Of a stretch of DNA of 30,206 bases, positions 1 through 9,762 are shown in pieces (the stretch's first letter is position 1; each line of letters begins with the position of its first letter). The notes below the pieces were generated by a model, which saw only the letters and a list, made by a program, of their open reading frames with translations, made no database searches and was not told where the DNA came from. Origin of the DNA: Candidatus Pacearchaeota archaeon (GTDB lineage Archaea > Nanobdellota > Nanobdellia > Pacearchaeales > GW2011-AR1); the NCBI GenBank assembly GCA_050303855.1, contig JBNLCO010000010.1:1-30206 (forward strand), written 5' to 3'. The position numbers and the translations under genes are program-made.

Positions 1-146
1 GCAATTGTTGCAAGAGTATGTCCTGGGCTTGGATCGGAACCAGGAGGAGAGGTTTGTATTGCATAAACCCCTACACCAAAGATAAGGATTGCCAAAATTA
101 TAGCTAGAGTATAGTGTAGTTTATTTGAAAAATTATTCTTCACCAT
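1..146 (-). CDS. Partial CDS (N-terminal 48 aa visible) with signal-anchor/TM segment; hypothetical membrane or secreted protein, continues beyond window start
   Basis: Reverse complement from ATG at 146 reads MVKNNFSNKLHYTLAIILAILIFGVGVYAIQTSPPGSDPSPGH... with no stop before the window edge; hydrophobic stretch typical of a signal anchor; TATA-like tttataaa about 29 nt upstream on the minus strand. Confidence 0.4.
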   Translation of the reverse strand, partial: MVKNNFSNKLHYTLAIILAILIFGVGVYAIQTSPPGSDPSPGHTLATI

Positions 147-171
147 CTTGTTGCCTAAATAGATACAGGTA

Positions 172-179
172 TTTATAAA
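172..179 (-). promoter_or_regulatory. Candidate archaeal TATA box (tttataaa, palindromic) about 26-30 nt upstream of the minus-strand ATG at 146; implies a leaderless transcript
   Basis: Sequence motif and spacing only. Confidence 0.3.
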
Positions 180-185
180 TATTTC

Positions 186-2069
186 TTATCTTAATCTCAA
201 TGTTTCCAAAGTTCTTGGAACAACAGTTTCTACTCTATTTAGTTTATACAATGAAGAAGCAAGATCAAGTGACTTTGATACTTCTCCATGATTTATTATT
301 ATTCTTTTAGGTTTTGGCCTCATGTTATTAAAGAAAGATATAAGTTCATTTCTTCCTGAGTGAGGCGATAAACCCGAGACAAGTTCTACCCTCATTTTCA
401 CTTCAATATCTTGCATTCCATTTTCAGACTCAACTTTAACAAACCGATCTCCTTCTTGAAGCTTTCTACCTATTGATCCGGGTCCTTGATAACAACTCAA
501 GATTAGTAAGTTGTTGGGGTTATCTGAAAAGTATCTGAAGTATTCTAAAGATGCACCTCCTACAAGCATACCTGAAGTTGCGATAACAATACATGGCCCC
601 CCTTCAATTACTGCTTTTCTTTCTTGAGGGGATGCAACTCTTGCAAAAATATCTGCAGTGAAAGGATTTTTATCTTGGAAGATACTATCTCTAATCTTTG
701 CACTTAAGAAATCAGGATAAGCTGTATGGATTGCATTAACATCCCAGATCATACCATCAATATACATAGGAACTTTTGGAAGTTCTCCATTTCTCATTGC
801 TTCCTCTACTCTTAATACAGTTTCCTGAGCGTGTCCAAGCCCCAATTCAGGTAGAAGAACTTTTCCACCTTTTTCTATTGTTTCTCTTACCATCTTTAGG
901 AATTTCTCTTCAGTTTCTTTCCTTGGAGGAAGAACGTCGTCTTTAGATCCGTAAGTTGATTCTACTTGGATCGATTCTACTCGGGGGTATTTATTTACAG
1001 CAGGATCCAATAGTCTTGTTCTACCGTATTTTGTATCTCCAGTGTATATGAAATTGTGTAAACCATTTCCAATATTAATGTGAACTTGAGCAGAACCAAG
1101 AACGTGACCTGCATTGTATAAAGTGATTCTTATGTCAGGAGTAATGTCTGTAACTTCATTATAATTTAAAGCTATACTGTGTTTTACCATTTCCTGGACG
1201 TCTTTTGAAGAGAATAAAGGTGTTGCTGCTTGTTTATATGCAACGCCAATGAAATCCAAATTTAATAGTGCTGCAATATCTCTTGTAGGTGCGGTAAGAT
1301 ATACTGGGCCTTTATATCCCATTTTATAGATATAAGGAAGTAAACCACAGTGATCAAGATGAGCGTGGCTCAAGATAATTGCATCAATGTCATTTATATT
1401 AAATTCGGGAACATTAAAGTAAGGGAATTTATCTTCTCCTTGGGAAGATACGTCTATTCCACAGTCAAGTAAAACTTTAGAATTCTTGGTTTGTAAGAGG
1501 AAACAACTTCTTCCTACTTGCCTTCCAGAACCTAAACAAGTTAATCTAACCCAAGTATCCATTTTTTCAGGATTCCACTCTTTGAAGATTTTATTTCCAA
1601 TTTCATTAAGGAATTTTCTTCTGTAAGTATTATTTGCATACAAAACCTCTCTAATGTTGTCAGTTATTTTACTTTTTATTGCAGCAGCTCTTTGAACTTG
1701 AGGTGTCCATAATGTTTCTTTTCTTATTTGATCAAGTATTGAACCTTGTTTTCCAATAACCAATCCGGGCCTTTTTGCTTCTATAACAACTATACTTCTA
1801 TGAACGTCAAAAATAATTTCTGTAATGTCTGCATCAGATGGAACTATTTCTCTTATTTTCTTTTCAGCTTCTTCCTTTGAAGTTAATATTTTTCCATCTG
1901 CTCGTAACTCAATTCTTTTTTTGATTTCATCTACGACTCTCTTTACTTCATGCTCGCCTTCCCTGAAGAATTTTTCATTATCTGTATAAAGAACGATGTT
2001 TGCTCCCTCAAAGTTGGCCTCTTTGATTTTTCCACTCAATTTCTGAGTGATTTTGTTTAAAATTTCCAT
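186..2069 (-). CDS. fttA: Archaeal CPSF1 / FttA transcription termination factor (two N-terminal KH domains + metallo-beta-lactamase + beta-CASP)
   Basis: 627 aa; HxHxDH-type motif LSHAHLDHCG; KH-like GKQG segment near N-terminus; length and architecture typical of aCPSF1. Confidence 0.88.
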   Translation of the reverse strand: MEILNKITQKLSGKIKEANFEGANIVLYTDNEKFFREGEHEVKRVVDEIKKRIELRADGKILTSKEEAEKKIREIVPSDADITEIIFDVHRSIVVIEAKRPGLVIGKQGSILDQIRKETLWTPQVQRAAAIKSKITDNIREVLYANNTYRRKFLNEIGNKIFKEWNPEKMDTWVRLTCLGSGRQVGRSCFLLQTKNSKVLLDCGIDVSSQGEDKFPYFNVPEFNINDIDAIILSHAHLDHCGLLPYIYKMGYKGPVYLTAPTRDIAALLNLDFIGVAYKQAATPLFSSKDVQEMVKHSIALNYNEVTDITPDIRITLYNAGHVLGSAQVHINIGNGLHNFIYTGDTKYGRTRLLDPAVNKYPRVESIQVESTYGSKDDVLPPRKETEEKFLKMVRETIEKGGKVLLPELGLGHAQETVLRVEEAMRNGELPKVPMYIDGMIWDVNAIHTAYPDFLSAKIRDSIFQDKNPFTADIFARVASPQERKAVIEGGPCIVIATSGMLVGGASLEYFRYFSDNPNNLLILSCYQGPGSIGRKLQEGDRFVKVESENGMQDIEVKMRVELVSGLSPHSGRNELISFFNNMRPKPKRIIINHGEVSKSLDLASSLYKLNRVETVVPRTLETLRLR

Positions 2070-2093
2070 TTTGATTATAAAATTAGTTAATAA

Positions 2094-2726
2094 CTATTCT
2101 CTTTTTTTGTGAATTAATTCTGTTTTATCCCTCACTACCTCTTTAATTCCCTCTTTAGTTATTGTATATATGTTCATACCATTTCCTGTTGCCATATCCC
2201 TTTCCATTGAAGCCTTAAGAGATTCCTTTGCTAACTCAATACCTTCTTCTACTGACACTTCTGGTTTCCAAGTTCTTTCTAAGTATCCAAGAACATACAT
2301 CAAGCCAGATCCAATCCCCCCTGTAAAATCCTTAATCTTTAAAGGCAATCCCCCCGTAATTTCGTATAAAGAAGTAGTTCCATCTTCATCTACCCCTCCC
2401 AAAAGGAATCCACTGTATTGAACACCAATATTCGATAACAAGGAAGCTGACTCCTTTACAGTTGGTCTCTTTTTGCTTTTTAATTCCTTTAATCTTAATT
2501 CTGCAGAGAGTAATTTTGTAGCCCTCATAGCTTCAGTTGCATGACCTGCAATAGCCACAACTAGATAACCGTTAATGGGAATTACTTTTTGAACATCCTT
2601 GTTTGAAATTAACTGGCCACCAAGATTTGCTCGGTTATCTGCGGCCATTACAACTCCGTCTTTACAAACGATTCCAAGAATTGTCGTCCCTGTTTTTATA
2701 ATTTGTTTGTCTAATTGGGCATCCAT
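2094..2726 (-). CDS. psmB: Proteasome beta subunit (short propeptide; mature N-terminal Thr in ..IIKTG/TTILGIVCKDGVVMAADNRA)
   Basis: 210 aa; canonical 20S beta-subunit N-terminal signature TTxxGIxCKDGVVxAADxRA. Confidence 0.9.
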   Translation of the reverse strand: MDAQLDKQIIKTGTTILGIVCKDGVVMAADNRANLGGQLISNKDVQKVIPINGYLVVAIAGHATEAMRATKLLSAELRLKELKSKKRPTVKESASLLSNIGVQYSGFLLGGVDEDGTTSLYEITGGLPLKIKDFTGGIGSGLMYVLGYLERTWKPEVSVEEGIELAKESLKASMERDMATGNGMNIYTITKEGIKEVVRDKTELIHKKRE

Positions 2727-2785
2727 TTTACTAGAATAACATATAATAATGTCTAGAATTTATAGAAAATGTAAAACATAATATT

Positions 2786-3400
2786 TTATAAAGTTTTTGG
2801 TTCATTAAAAATGACTACAACGTCTTCGTCAGTTCCTTTAGCTGTTCTTGATTTCTCAAAAACCTCTCTACTTATGCTCTGGAACCCTACAGGGTTTGTT
2901 AGCCCATGATTGTGAACATAAATGCTTTCTTCATCATAACCCACTATTGGAACAAAATGCCCTTGATAGCCTTTTTCTGATTCATTTCTTACAATATTCC
3001 AATCAAGAAGTATTATTGGAACGCTCTTCTTTGTAACAAAACTTAAGAGTTCTTCTAAGGAAATACTAGATTCCGAGATGTTTACTCCAGCACAATTAGC
3101 ATCAGAGATAATTTTATCTTGATCTGAGAAAGTTTCAGAATATTTTTTATAAAAATCCATTTTTAGATTCTCTGGATTAACGCCAAGATGTCTTGAATAA
3201 AAAGAAGTTTTATACCCCAATCTTGAAGCGGCAGTGGATAGTTGTATACTATAAACTCCTTTTCCATCCTTTATTTCACATTCTTTTTCAATTTCTTCAA
3301 GAAGCCTATTATCTCCAAAATAAGAAAGAACCATCCTTAATGCCGTTGGCCCACAATTTGTTTTGCTAGTTTGTTTATAGAAAGGAACATCTAATTTCAT
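2786..3400 (-). CDS. Peptidase C39-like (papain-fold cysteine peptidase, BtrH/C39_2-like) domain protein, stand-alone
   Basis: 204 aa; motif QTSKTNCGPTALRMVLSYFG resembles the C39 catalytic Cys region; downstream His (GHFVPIVGYDE) and Asp/Asn candidates; no ABC transporter domain. Confidence 0.5.
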   Translation of the reverse strand: MKLDVPFYKQTSKTNCGPTALRMVLSYFGDNRLLEEIEKECEIKDGKGVYSIQLSTAASRLGYKTSFYSRHLGVNPENLKMDFYKKYSETFSDQDKIISDANCAGVNISESSISLEELLSFVTKKSVPIILLDWNIVRNESEKGYQGHFVPIVGYDEESIYVHNHGLTNPVGFQSISREVFEKSRTAKGTDEDVVVIFNEPKTL

Positions 3401-3442
3401 AACAACACATAATTTATTAAATATAAAAATTTTTCTTATGGA

Positions 3443-5230
3443 ATGGATTTTACTAAAATTAAGACAGAATGGGATTTTGACCCGTTGTTAAAAGAGGATT
3501 TCTCTCAAGAAAGGGAGAGAGTAAAGAAAGCTTTCTTGGGATTTAGAGATAAGTGGAAGGGTGATGAGAGATATTTAGAAGATCCGGCTGTTTTGAAAGA
3601 AGCTTTGGATGAACAAAACGTTTTGTTGAGAGACTATATGGGTTGTGAGGGATATTATTATCATCTCAGGGAGGAAAGAGATCAAGATGATGTTGAAATA
3701 AGATCTAAGGCAGGACAGATTTCTGATTTTATCAATGAAATAAATAATGAAATAATGTTTTTTGATTTGAATCTTGCAAAGGTATCAAAAGATAAACAGA
3801 AAGAATTCTTAGAATCGGATCTTCTGAAGACATATAATTATTATCTTAAGGTTTTATTTGAAAATGCAAAATATCATTTAAAGGAGGGGGAAGAAAAGAT
3901 AATGTCTTTGAAATCAATACCTTCTCGTTCTTTATGGGCCAGGATGGTTTCTTCTTTGTTGAGTAAAGAGACTAGAAAGGTATTGGACAATTCAGGAAAT
4001 ATGGTGGATAAAACATATCCAGAAATGACCGTTCTTATGCAAAGTTCCGATAAAGAAATCAGAGATGTTTCTGCAAAAGCATTTAATGAAATCATGGATA
4101 AATATGTAGAAGTTGCGGAATTTGAGATTAATGCCCTTCTTGAAGATAAAAAGATAAATGATAGTTTGAGAGGATTTTCTAGGCCTGATGAAGCAAGGCA
4201 CAGATCGGACTTAATTGAAACAGAAGTGGTAGATGCTCTTAGAGAAAGCGTTTCAAACAGAGGATTCAAGCTTTCAGAAAAATTCTATGATCTAAAAGCA
4301 AAGATTTTAGGTCTTGAGAAATTAAAATATTATGAAAGAAATGTGGAGCTGGGTTCTGTAAGAAAAGAATTTTCCTATGAAGAAGCCATTCAAATGGTAA
4401 GCAGAGTTTTCTATAAATTGGATAAAAAATTTGGAGAGATATTTGATGATTATTTGACTAAGGGACAAATAGACGTATTTCCAAAGAAGGGAAAATTTGG
4501 AGGGGCGTTTTGCACACATTGGTCTGTAAAAGACCCAACATATATTCTATTAAATTACGCAGGCAAGGTAAGAGATATTTCGACAATTGCTCATGAGGCA
4601 GGACATGGAATAAATAACGAGTTTATGAAAATGAAACAAATCCCTTTTTATTACGATACTCCAAAGTCTACTGCAGAAGTTGCTTCAACGTTTATGGAGG
4701 ATTTTGTTTTTGATGATTTACTAAATGAGGTAGAAGATGAAGAAAAACTGGGCTTATTACTTCAAAAACTAAACGAAGAGGTGGCTACAATAATGAGGCA
4801 AATTGCACTCTATAATTTTGAAATAGAACTTCATGAAACATATAGGAAAGAAAATTATCTTTCTAAGGAGAAAATTGCAGAAATGTTCATAAAACATATG
4901 CAAAGATACATGGGAGACTCTGTTGATTGCTCTGAGGCTGGAAATTGGTGGGTTTATTGGGATCACATAAGAGAGTATTTTTATGTGTACTCTTATGCTT
5001 CAGGACTATTGATTTCTAAGTCTATGCAAAAAATGGTTAGAGAAAATCCTGAGAATATTGAGAAAGTTAAAGAATTTTTATCTGCGGGAACTTCAGATAG
5101 TCCGAAAAATACTTTCCTTAAAATGGGGATTGATATAACAGATAAAGAATTCTGGGAAAAAGGATTGGACCAAGTTGAAAGTTTGTTAAATGAAACAGAA
5201 GAGCTTGCTAAGAAATTAGGCAAAATTTAA
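3443..5230 (+). CDS. pepF: Oligoendopeptidase F (M3B metallopeptidase)
   Basis: 595 aa; zinc-binding HEAGHG motif (IAHEAGHGINNEF); length and overall pattern of the M3B family. Confidence 0.85.
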   Translation: MDFTKIKTEWDFDPLLKEDFSQERERVKKAFLGFRDKWKGDERYLEDPAVLKEALDEQNVLLRDYMGCEGYYYHLREERDQDDVEIRSKAGQISDFINEINNEIMFFDLNLAKVSKDKQKEFLESDLLKTYNYYLKVLFENAKYHLKEGEEKIMSLKSIPSRSLWARMVSSLLSKETRKVLDNSGNMVDKTYPEMTVLMQSSDKEIRDVSAKAFNEIMDKYVEVAEFEINALLEDKKINDSLRGFSRPDEARHRSDLIETEVVDALRESVSNRGFKLSEKFYDLKAKILGLEKLKYYERNVELGSVRKEFSYEEAIQMVSRVFYKLDKKFGEIFDDYLTKGQIDVFPKKGKFGGAFCTHWSVKDPTYILLNYAGKVRDISTIAHEAGHGINNEFMKMKQIPFYYDTPKSTAEVASTFMEDFVFDDLLNEVEDEEKLGLLLQKLNEEVATIMRQIALYNFEIELHETYRKENYLSKEKIAEMFIKHMQRYMGDSVDCSEAGNWWVYWDHIREYFYVYSYASGLLISKSMQKMVRENPENIEKVKEFLSAGTSDSPKNTFLKMGIDITDKEFWEKGLDQVESLLNETEELAKKLGKI

Positions 5231-5994
5231 TTATTAATATAGGGTTTTCCTAGGAGAACTAATTGCTCTTTTGTTGCATAGTTAAAATTCTTCACGGGAC
5301 TTTTTGAATTTATTACTCCCCAGTTTCCAGACAATTTATCAAACACAATAGTGTTATCATGCAATAAACCATTTTTCTCTGAAGCAGAGTGTATCACTTT
5401 GTAATTCTCAGGAAGCCCCAATGCGCCCAAGATTTTCCTTATACTTTTTCCAGCGTCTCTGCAAATACCTTTTGTTATTTCTTTTCCAGTGGGATTATAT
5501 GTCTTCCGGGCTTGAGACAAATCGCTTTTAAAAAGTCCATCTTGTCTTTCTAGTTTCTTAATCCTATCAAAATCGTATTCAATTGAATTATTTACAGCAC
5601 TTCCAATAGTTTCAAGTATATTAGGCATAGATTCATTTCTTGAGTTCACCAAATTCATATATTGGGTTTTGGATGAATCATTTAAGGGTATCTCATTGAC
5701 ATATGTGGGCTCAAAATTTATTTCATCTAAATTGAATCCATATTTGTTTAATTCAAAAGGGATATATATTCCAGAACCAACTTTTACATCAATTGATTTA
5801 GGAGATTTATCAAAGTACAAATAGAGGTCTTCTATAAGCCAATCTTTAAGGACTTTACTAGGTTTTTGAATAAAACCAGAGACATTATTTCGTATTTCTT
5901 CTTCTGTGAATCCTGCATGTGCAATGCTAGCTTTATTTAAATATAATTTATCTTCAATGGTTGAAGGCACACCTTCTTTCATAATATTTCCCAT
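5227..5994 (-). CDS. Hypothetical protein with C-terminal transglutaminase-like cysteine protease core
   Basis: 255 aa; KGICRDAGKSIRKILGALGLP closely matches the TGase-like G-x-C-R-D-x-A...L-G-I-P core, followed by candidate His (LLHDN) and Asp (IVFD); 4-nt convergent overlap (TTAA) with pepF stop. Confidence 0.45.
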   Translation of the reverse strand: MGNIMKEGVPSTIEDKLYLNKASIAHAGFTEEEIRNNVSGFIQKPSKVLKDWLIEDLYLYFDKSPKSIDVKVGSGIYIPFELNKYGFNLDEINFEPTYVNEIPLNDSSKTQYMNLVNSRNESMPNILETIGSAVNNSIEYDFDRIKKLERQDGLFKSDLSQARKTYNPTGKEITKGICRDAGKSIRKILGALGLPENYKVIHSASEKNGLLHDNTIVFDKLSGNWGVINSKSPVKNFNYATKEQLVLLGKPYINN

Positions 5995-6057
5995 AAATAT
6001 TTTAGAGAATCAAAGTATTTAAACCTTACTAATGTTACTATTATAAAGTAAATAAAA

Positions 6058-8109
6058 TTAATTTATCCTTTGAGAAATTCCTGCTTCTTTCTTGAATCTT
6101 ATCACATTATCTACAAAACCTTCTATTTTTTGTTCATGCGAAACTATAATTAATTGTGCTACGTTTAATTGTTCTAAAACTTCACGCATTTTATCCAATT
6201 GTGCTGAGGAAAAACCGTCGGTTGGTTCGTCTAGAATTACAAGATCTTTTGTTTTGATTTTGCTTAATACTGAATTAATTACTTGGTTTAATGCAAGTCT
6301 ATATGCTAGAGCTATTGCGGTTCTTTCCCCTCCTGAAAGGTAGTTGTAATCTAATTCGTAATCTTGATGTTCAATTACTGGGGTGAATTCTGAATCCAAC
6401 CGAACATTGAAATTATCCGATACAAGCATTGAAAACCATATAGAAAAGAATTGAGAGAATTCGGTTCTAAGTTTTATAAGAACATTCTTTTCAATCATTG
6501 ATACTAAAGGAGTAAATTCCTTTGAGATCCAATTTTCAAGATTTGAAAGATAAGATAATTGCAGGAGTATTTCTTCGGATTTTGAAAGTTTTAATTTCAT
6601 GTCTTCTATGTAAGACGAGAAAACAGTTATCTCCCTATTGAGTTCTGCTAAACGTATTTCTGCCATTTTTTCTTCCTTTAGAGCATTTTCTAAAGATCTT
6701 TGTTTATCTTGGAAGATATTATCATATTTAGACAATTCAAAAATGGAATTCCTAAGATCACCCATATGAGTTGTTAAGAAATTTACGTCTTGGGTTATTG
6801 AGTTTGTCTGCTTTTCAAGAGTTTCCAAATAGTTTTTCTTTTCGTCTATGCTTTCAACTTTAACTTTCAGAAGTCTTAATTCCTGCACTTCTTTTTCTTT
6901 ATTTGATATTTCATATTCTATTTTATGTAATTCGGATATTGTTTTTTGTTTTGATAATTCAAAATCTTGTATTTTATGGATATTTTCAGACATATCCGAA
7001 TCAATTTTGTTTACTACATTGCTTTTGTAAACTGGGGCAACGTCTTGTAAACAGGTGGGACAAACTTCAAGATGGGAAATTTTCTTCCTTAGATCAATAA
7101 AGTCTTGATTTTTTAGGGATAGTGAACTTATGCTTGATAGAATGTTCATACTCTCATCATTAAGTAAATTTCTTTTATCTTTTAGAGTTTTTATTTCATT
7201 TTCGAGAGAAATAACTTTGGAACCATCAAAAGGTATCTTCACTAGATCTGCTATTTGATTTTTTAAATGAGAGATCATTTTTTGATTATCTGAAATCGAA
7301 TTGTTTTTTGTAGAAATCATTATTTGAGTTTTCTCAATCTCCTGCTGGAGTTTCGTTTTTTCCTCGACCTTTTTTGATATTTCATTAATTTCCTTTTGAG
7401 CCTCTTCCCTTAATGAAGTCTTTAGAAGTCTTTCTGCTTCAAGTTCTACTAATGAATCTTTTTTGTTTTGAAGTTCCTCTTCTTTTGTAGATAGTTCTAA
7501 TTTTTCTTTTTCAATGTTGATTATTTGGGCTTCCTTAATTCTCTTTTCTTCACGTATTTTTGATAGTACGAAGGAAGTATTTTCAAGAACTCTTTTGTAT
7601 TTGTCTATACCAAATACATATCTCAAAGTGTTTATTCTTGTTTCAGAGTCTTCAAGAATTATTTGTTTCATTTCTTCTTGGGGAGTATAAACGGTAAATT
7701 TATACAAGATATTTTGTTTTTTTGAGAACTCTTTTGGGTAGCATAAAAGATCTAGGACTTTATTTTTTAATTCAGTTACGGAAATTTCTTTTTTTTCTCC
7801 ATTTATTGTTATTGCGGAATAATCTTGAGAAATGGATTTACTTCCCCGTTTTATAGTTCGTTCAATTAAAACTTCGTTTCCATCAACTTCAAATTCTAGA
7901 GACACTCCTCCTTCCTGGGCATTATTTCTAAGGAGAGCTGAGCCTTTTTGACCAGGTTGTAACCCAAATAAAGCAAACTCTATTGCAAGAAGTATTGATG
8001 TTTTTCCAGAGCCAATATCTCCAGATAAAAGAGTAGATCCCTCTGTAAAAATAACTTCTTGATCTTCATAACTCCTTATATTTTTTAGATTTATTTTCTT
8101 TAATTTCAT
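6058..8109 (-). CDS. rad50: Rad50 DNA double-strand break repair ATPase (short coiled coil)
   Basis: 683 aa; Walker A GDIGSGKTS, zinc hook CPTC mid-protein, ABC signature LSGGERTAIALAYRLAL, Walker B LVILDEP; stop/start overlaps mre11 by 1 nt. Confidence 0.9.
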   Translation of the reverse strand: MKLKKINLKNIRSYEDQEVIFTEGSTLLSGDIGSGKTSILLAIEFALFGLQPGQKGSALLRNNAQEGGVSLEFEVDGNEVLIERTIKRGSKSISQDYSAITINGEKKEISVTELKNKVLDLLCYPKEFSKKQNILYKFTVYTPQEEMKQIILEDSETRINTLRYVFGIDKYKRVLENTSFVLSKIREEKRIKEAQIINIEKEKLELSTKEEELQNKKDSLVELEAERLLKTSLREEAQKEINEISKKVEEKTKLQQEIEKTQIMISTKNNSISDNQKMISHLKNQIADLVKIPFDGSKVISLENEIKTLKDKRNLLNDESMNILSSISSLSLKNQDFIDLRKKISHLEVCPTCLQDVAPVYKSNVVNKIDSDMSENIHKIQDFELSKQKTISELHKIEYEISNKEKEVQELRLLKVKVESIDEKKNYLETLEKQTNSITQDVNFLTTHMGDLRNSIFELSKYDNIFQDKQRSLENALKEEKMAEIRLAELNREITVFSSYIEDMKLKLSKSEEILLQLSYLSNLENWISKEFTPLVSMIEKNVLIKLRTEFSQFFSIWFSMLVSDNFNVRLDSEFTPVIEHQDYELDYNYLSGGERTAIALAYRLALNQVINSVLSKIKTKDLVILDEPTDGFSSAQLDKMREVLEQLNVAQLIIVSHEQKIEGFVDNVIRFKKEAGISQRIN

Positions 8110-9290
8110 TAAAAATTCAAAACCCTCCGCACATCTTCAACTAATCTAGAATTAAAGGTTTCATTCTTTTCATCTTCTTGTTTTTCCATTGAGAGTGAAT
8201 TCAATAGCTCGGGGATCATTTTGTTAAATTCTGAGAAATTTTCTTTGGAGTAAACCTTTATTGCTTCTTCTTCTATATTTTCTGAGGGTCCTTCTTGAAG
8301 AGCAAAATCAGAATCAAACTCCTTTGTTTTTAGGTCATGAGTATTCTTTAACATAAAATAAGCATTTTTTGATTTTACATACTCTTCAATTTTTTGGAAT
8401 TTGATATCGGAATTTCTTCCTTTAATTAATTCCCCCCTTACTCTTAATAGGATTATCTTATCTTCGAGGTTTCTTTTTTCTAATTCTGAAAGTATTTTAT
8501 CGGTTCCAGTTAAACCATCATCCAGTTCAACTGTTACTTTTTCAATTTTCTTTGTAGGTAATTTTATTCTCTCAATTTGCTGAGATGCATTTGTATCAAC
8601 AATCACGAAATGTCCCTGAGATAAATCTTCAAGCTCTCCAAAATTATTTGGGAAGAGTGGTCCAGGATAAACAAAACCGTCCGAATCATACAAAACATGA
8701 ATATGTCCAAGAGCATAATAATCTGCTTTTGGGAGCTCTGACGAATTAACTGAATCTATTGGAAGTGACCCTGCTACCCTGTCCAAAGTTGTATGTAACA
8801 TTAAGATTTTAAACATTCCTGGGGAATCATTTAGTTTTACTTTTCTTATTTCTTGAACTTCAAGCCCTGATTTCTTTCCAGGATATCCGTAAAGTGCTAC
8901 ATTGCCATGATTTATCGGATTTAGGTAAATTGTTCCATCTTTTTCTTCTGGGTTAAATACATTTTTACAAAAACCGGCTTTTTCTAGAACGTCAAGAAAA
9001 GTTTTTCCTGAAACAGAATAATCATGAGATCCCGCTATTATAAAACAAGGGATTTTTGCATCTTTTAATTTTTTAAATTCTGAAAAAGTATCTTTTAGTG
9101 TTTCGATTGGAGGATATGCAGAATCAAATAAATCCCCTGCAAAAAGAATAAAATCCACTTTATTTTCTATACAAATATCAAGGGCTCTTTTGAAGGAATT
9201 AAAATTAAGTTCGTTCATAGATTCTTGTTTCCACCCCCCGAGGTGGACATCTGCGATATGTGCAAATTTCACCATATTTAACAATCTCAT
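8109..9290 (-). CDS. mre11: Mre11 DNA repair nuclease (calcineurin-like phosphoesterase)
   Basis: 393 aa; phosphoesterase motifs HIADVHLG, GDLFD, GSHDY, GHIH; true start may be the Met 5 codons in (MVKFAHI..). Confidence 0.9.
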   Translation of the reverse strand: MRLLNMVKFAHIADVHLGGWKQESMNELNFNSFKRALDICIENKVDFILFAGDLFDSAYPPIETLKDTFSEFKKLKDAKIPCFIIAGSHDYSVSGKTFLDVLEKAGFCKNVFNPEEKDGTIYLNPINHGNVALYGYPGKKSGLEVQEIRKVKLNDSPGMFKILMLHTTLDRVAGSLPIDSVNSSELPKADYYALGHIHVLYDSDGFVYPGPLFPNNFGELEDLSQGHFVIVDTNASQQIERIKLPTKKIEKVTVELDDGLTGTDKILSELEKRNLEDKIILLRVRGELIKGRNSDIKFQKIEEYVKSKNAYFMLKNTHDLKTKEFDSDFALQEGPSENIEEEAIKVYSKENFSEFNKMIPELLNSLSMEKQEDEKNETFNSRLVEDVRRVLNF

Positions 9291-9346
9291 AAAAAAGTTT
9301 ATAATGATTTAGGAGCTGTTTTATATATAAATTTGATTGTGGTAAA

Positions 9347-9709
9347 ATGAGAAAAACGGAGAGGCAGATTATTTGGATATTTTTGACGGGTGTGATTATG
9401 CTTACAGGTTTAATTCTGTTCAAATATATTCCAATGAGCATCTATGGGCAGAATATCCTATTTGACGCTTCAGCACACGTGGTTTGGACGATGTTTATCC
9501 TTTATTTTGGGTGGTTCTTTATTGATCAAGACAAAAATATGAGGATTTTCTACTTTATTATTAGTGTTGGAATACTAGTTATTATATCAATTCAGAGAAT
9601 AATTGCCCACGAACATAATGAGGTAGGCATTTTGCTTGGATTTTTGGTTGGATCTTTAGGGATCTTGATTCCAAGATGGAAAGAATTCCTAAGAAACCTT
9701 GAATTTTAA
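9347..9709 (+). CDS. Hypothetical small integral membrane protein (3-4 predicted TM helices)
   Basis: 120 aa, strongly hydrophobic segments; no recognisable motif. Confidence 0.45.
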   Translation: MRKTERQIIWIFLTGVIMLTGLILFKYIPMSIYGQNILFDASAHVVWTMFILYFGWFFIDQDKNMRIFYFIISVGILVIISIQRIIAHEHNEVGILLGFLVGSLGILIPRWKEFLRNLEF

Positions 9710-9762
9710 ATTATATATTAGAATTTGAATAAGCTTAAATAAGTCTCTCATCTTGAGCTTAA

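Noticed and set aside
2170-2421. 83-aa plus-strand ORF inside psmB
   Set aside because: Antisense to a well-supported proteasome beta gene; Pro/Ser-rich translation typical of a shadow ORF.
3874-5223. Five minus-strand ORFs (65-131 aa) inside pepF
   Set aside because: All lie antisense within the M3B peptidase gene; low-complexity, Ile/Phe/Ser-rich shadow frames of an AT-rich gene.
6092-7100. Three plus-strand ORFs (60-83 aa) inside rad50
   Set aside because: Antisense to rad50, a gene supported by several motifs.
8401-8583. 60-aa ORF inside mre11
   Set aside because: Antisense shadow ORF.
9205-9441. 78-aa minus-strand ORF spanning the mre11 start and intergenic region
   Set aside because: Overlaps the mre11 5' end and the promoter region; a better-supported membrane-protein ORF lies on the other strand.
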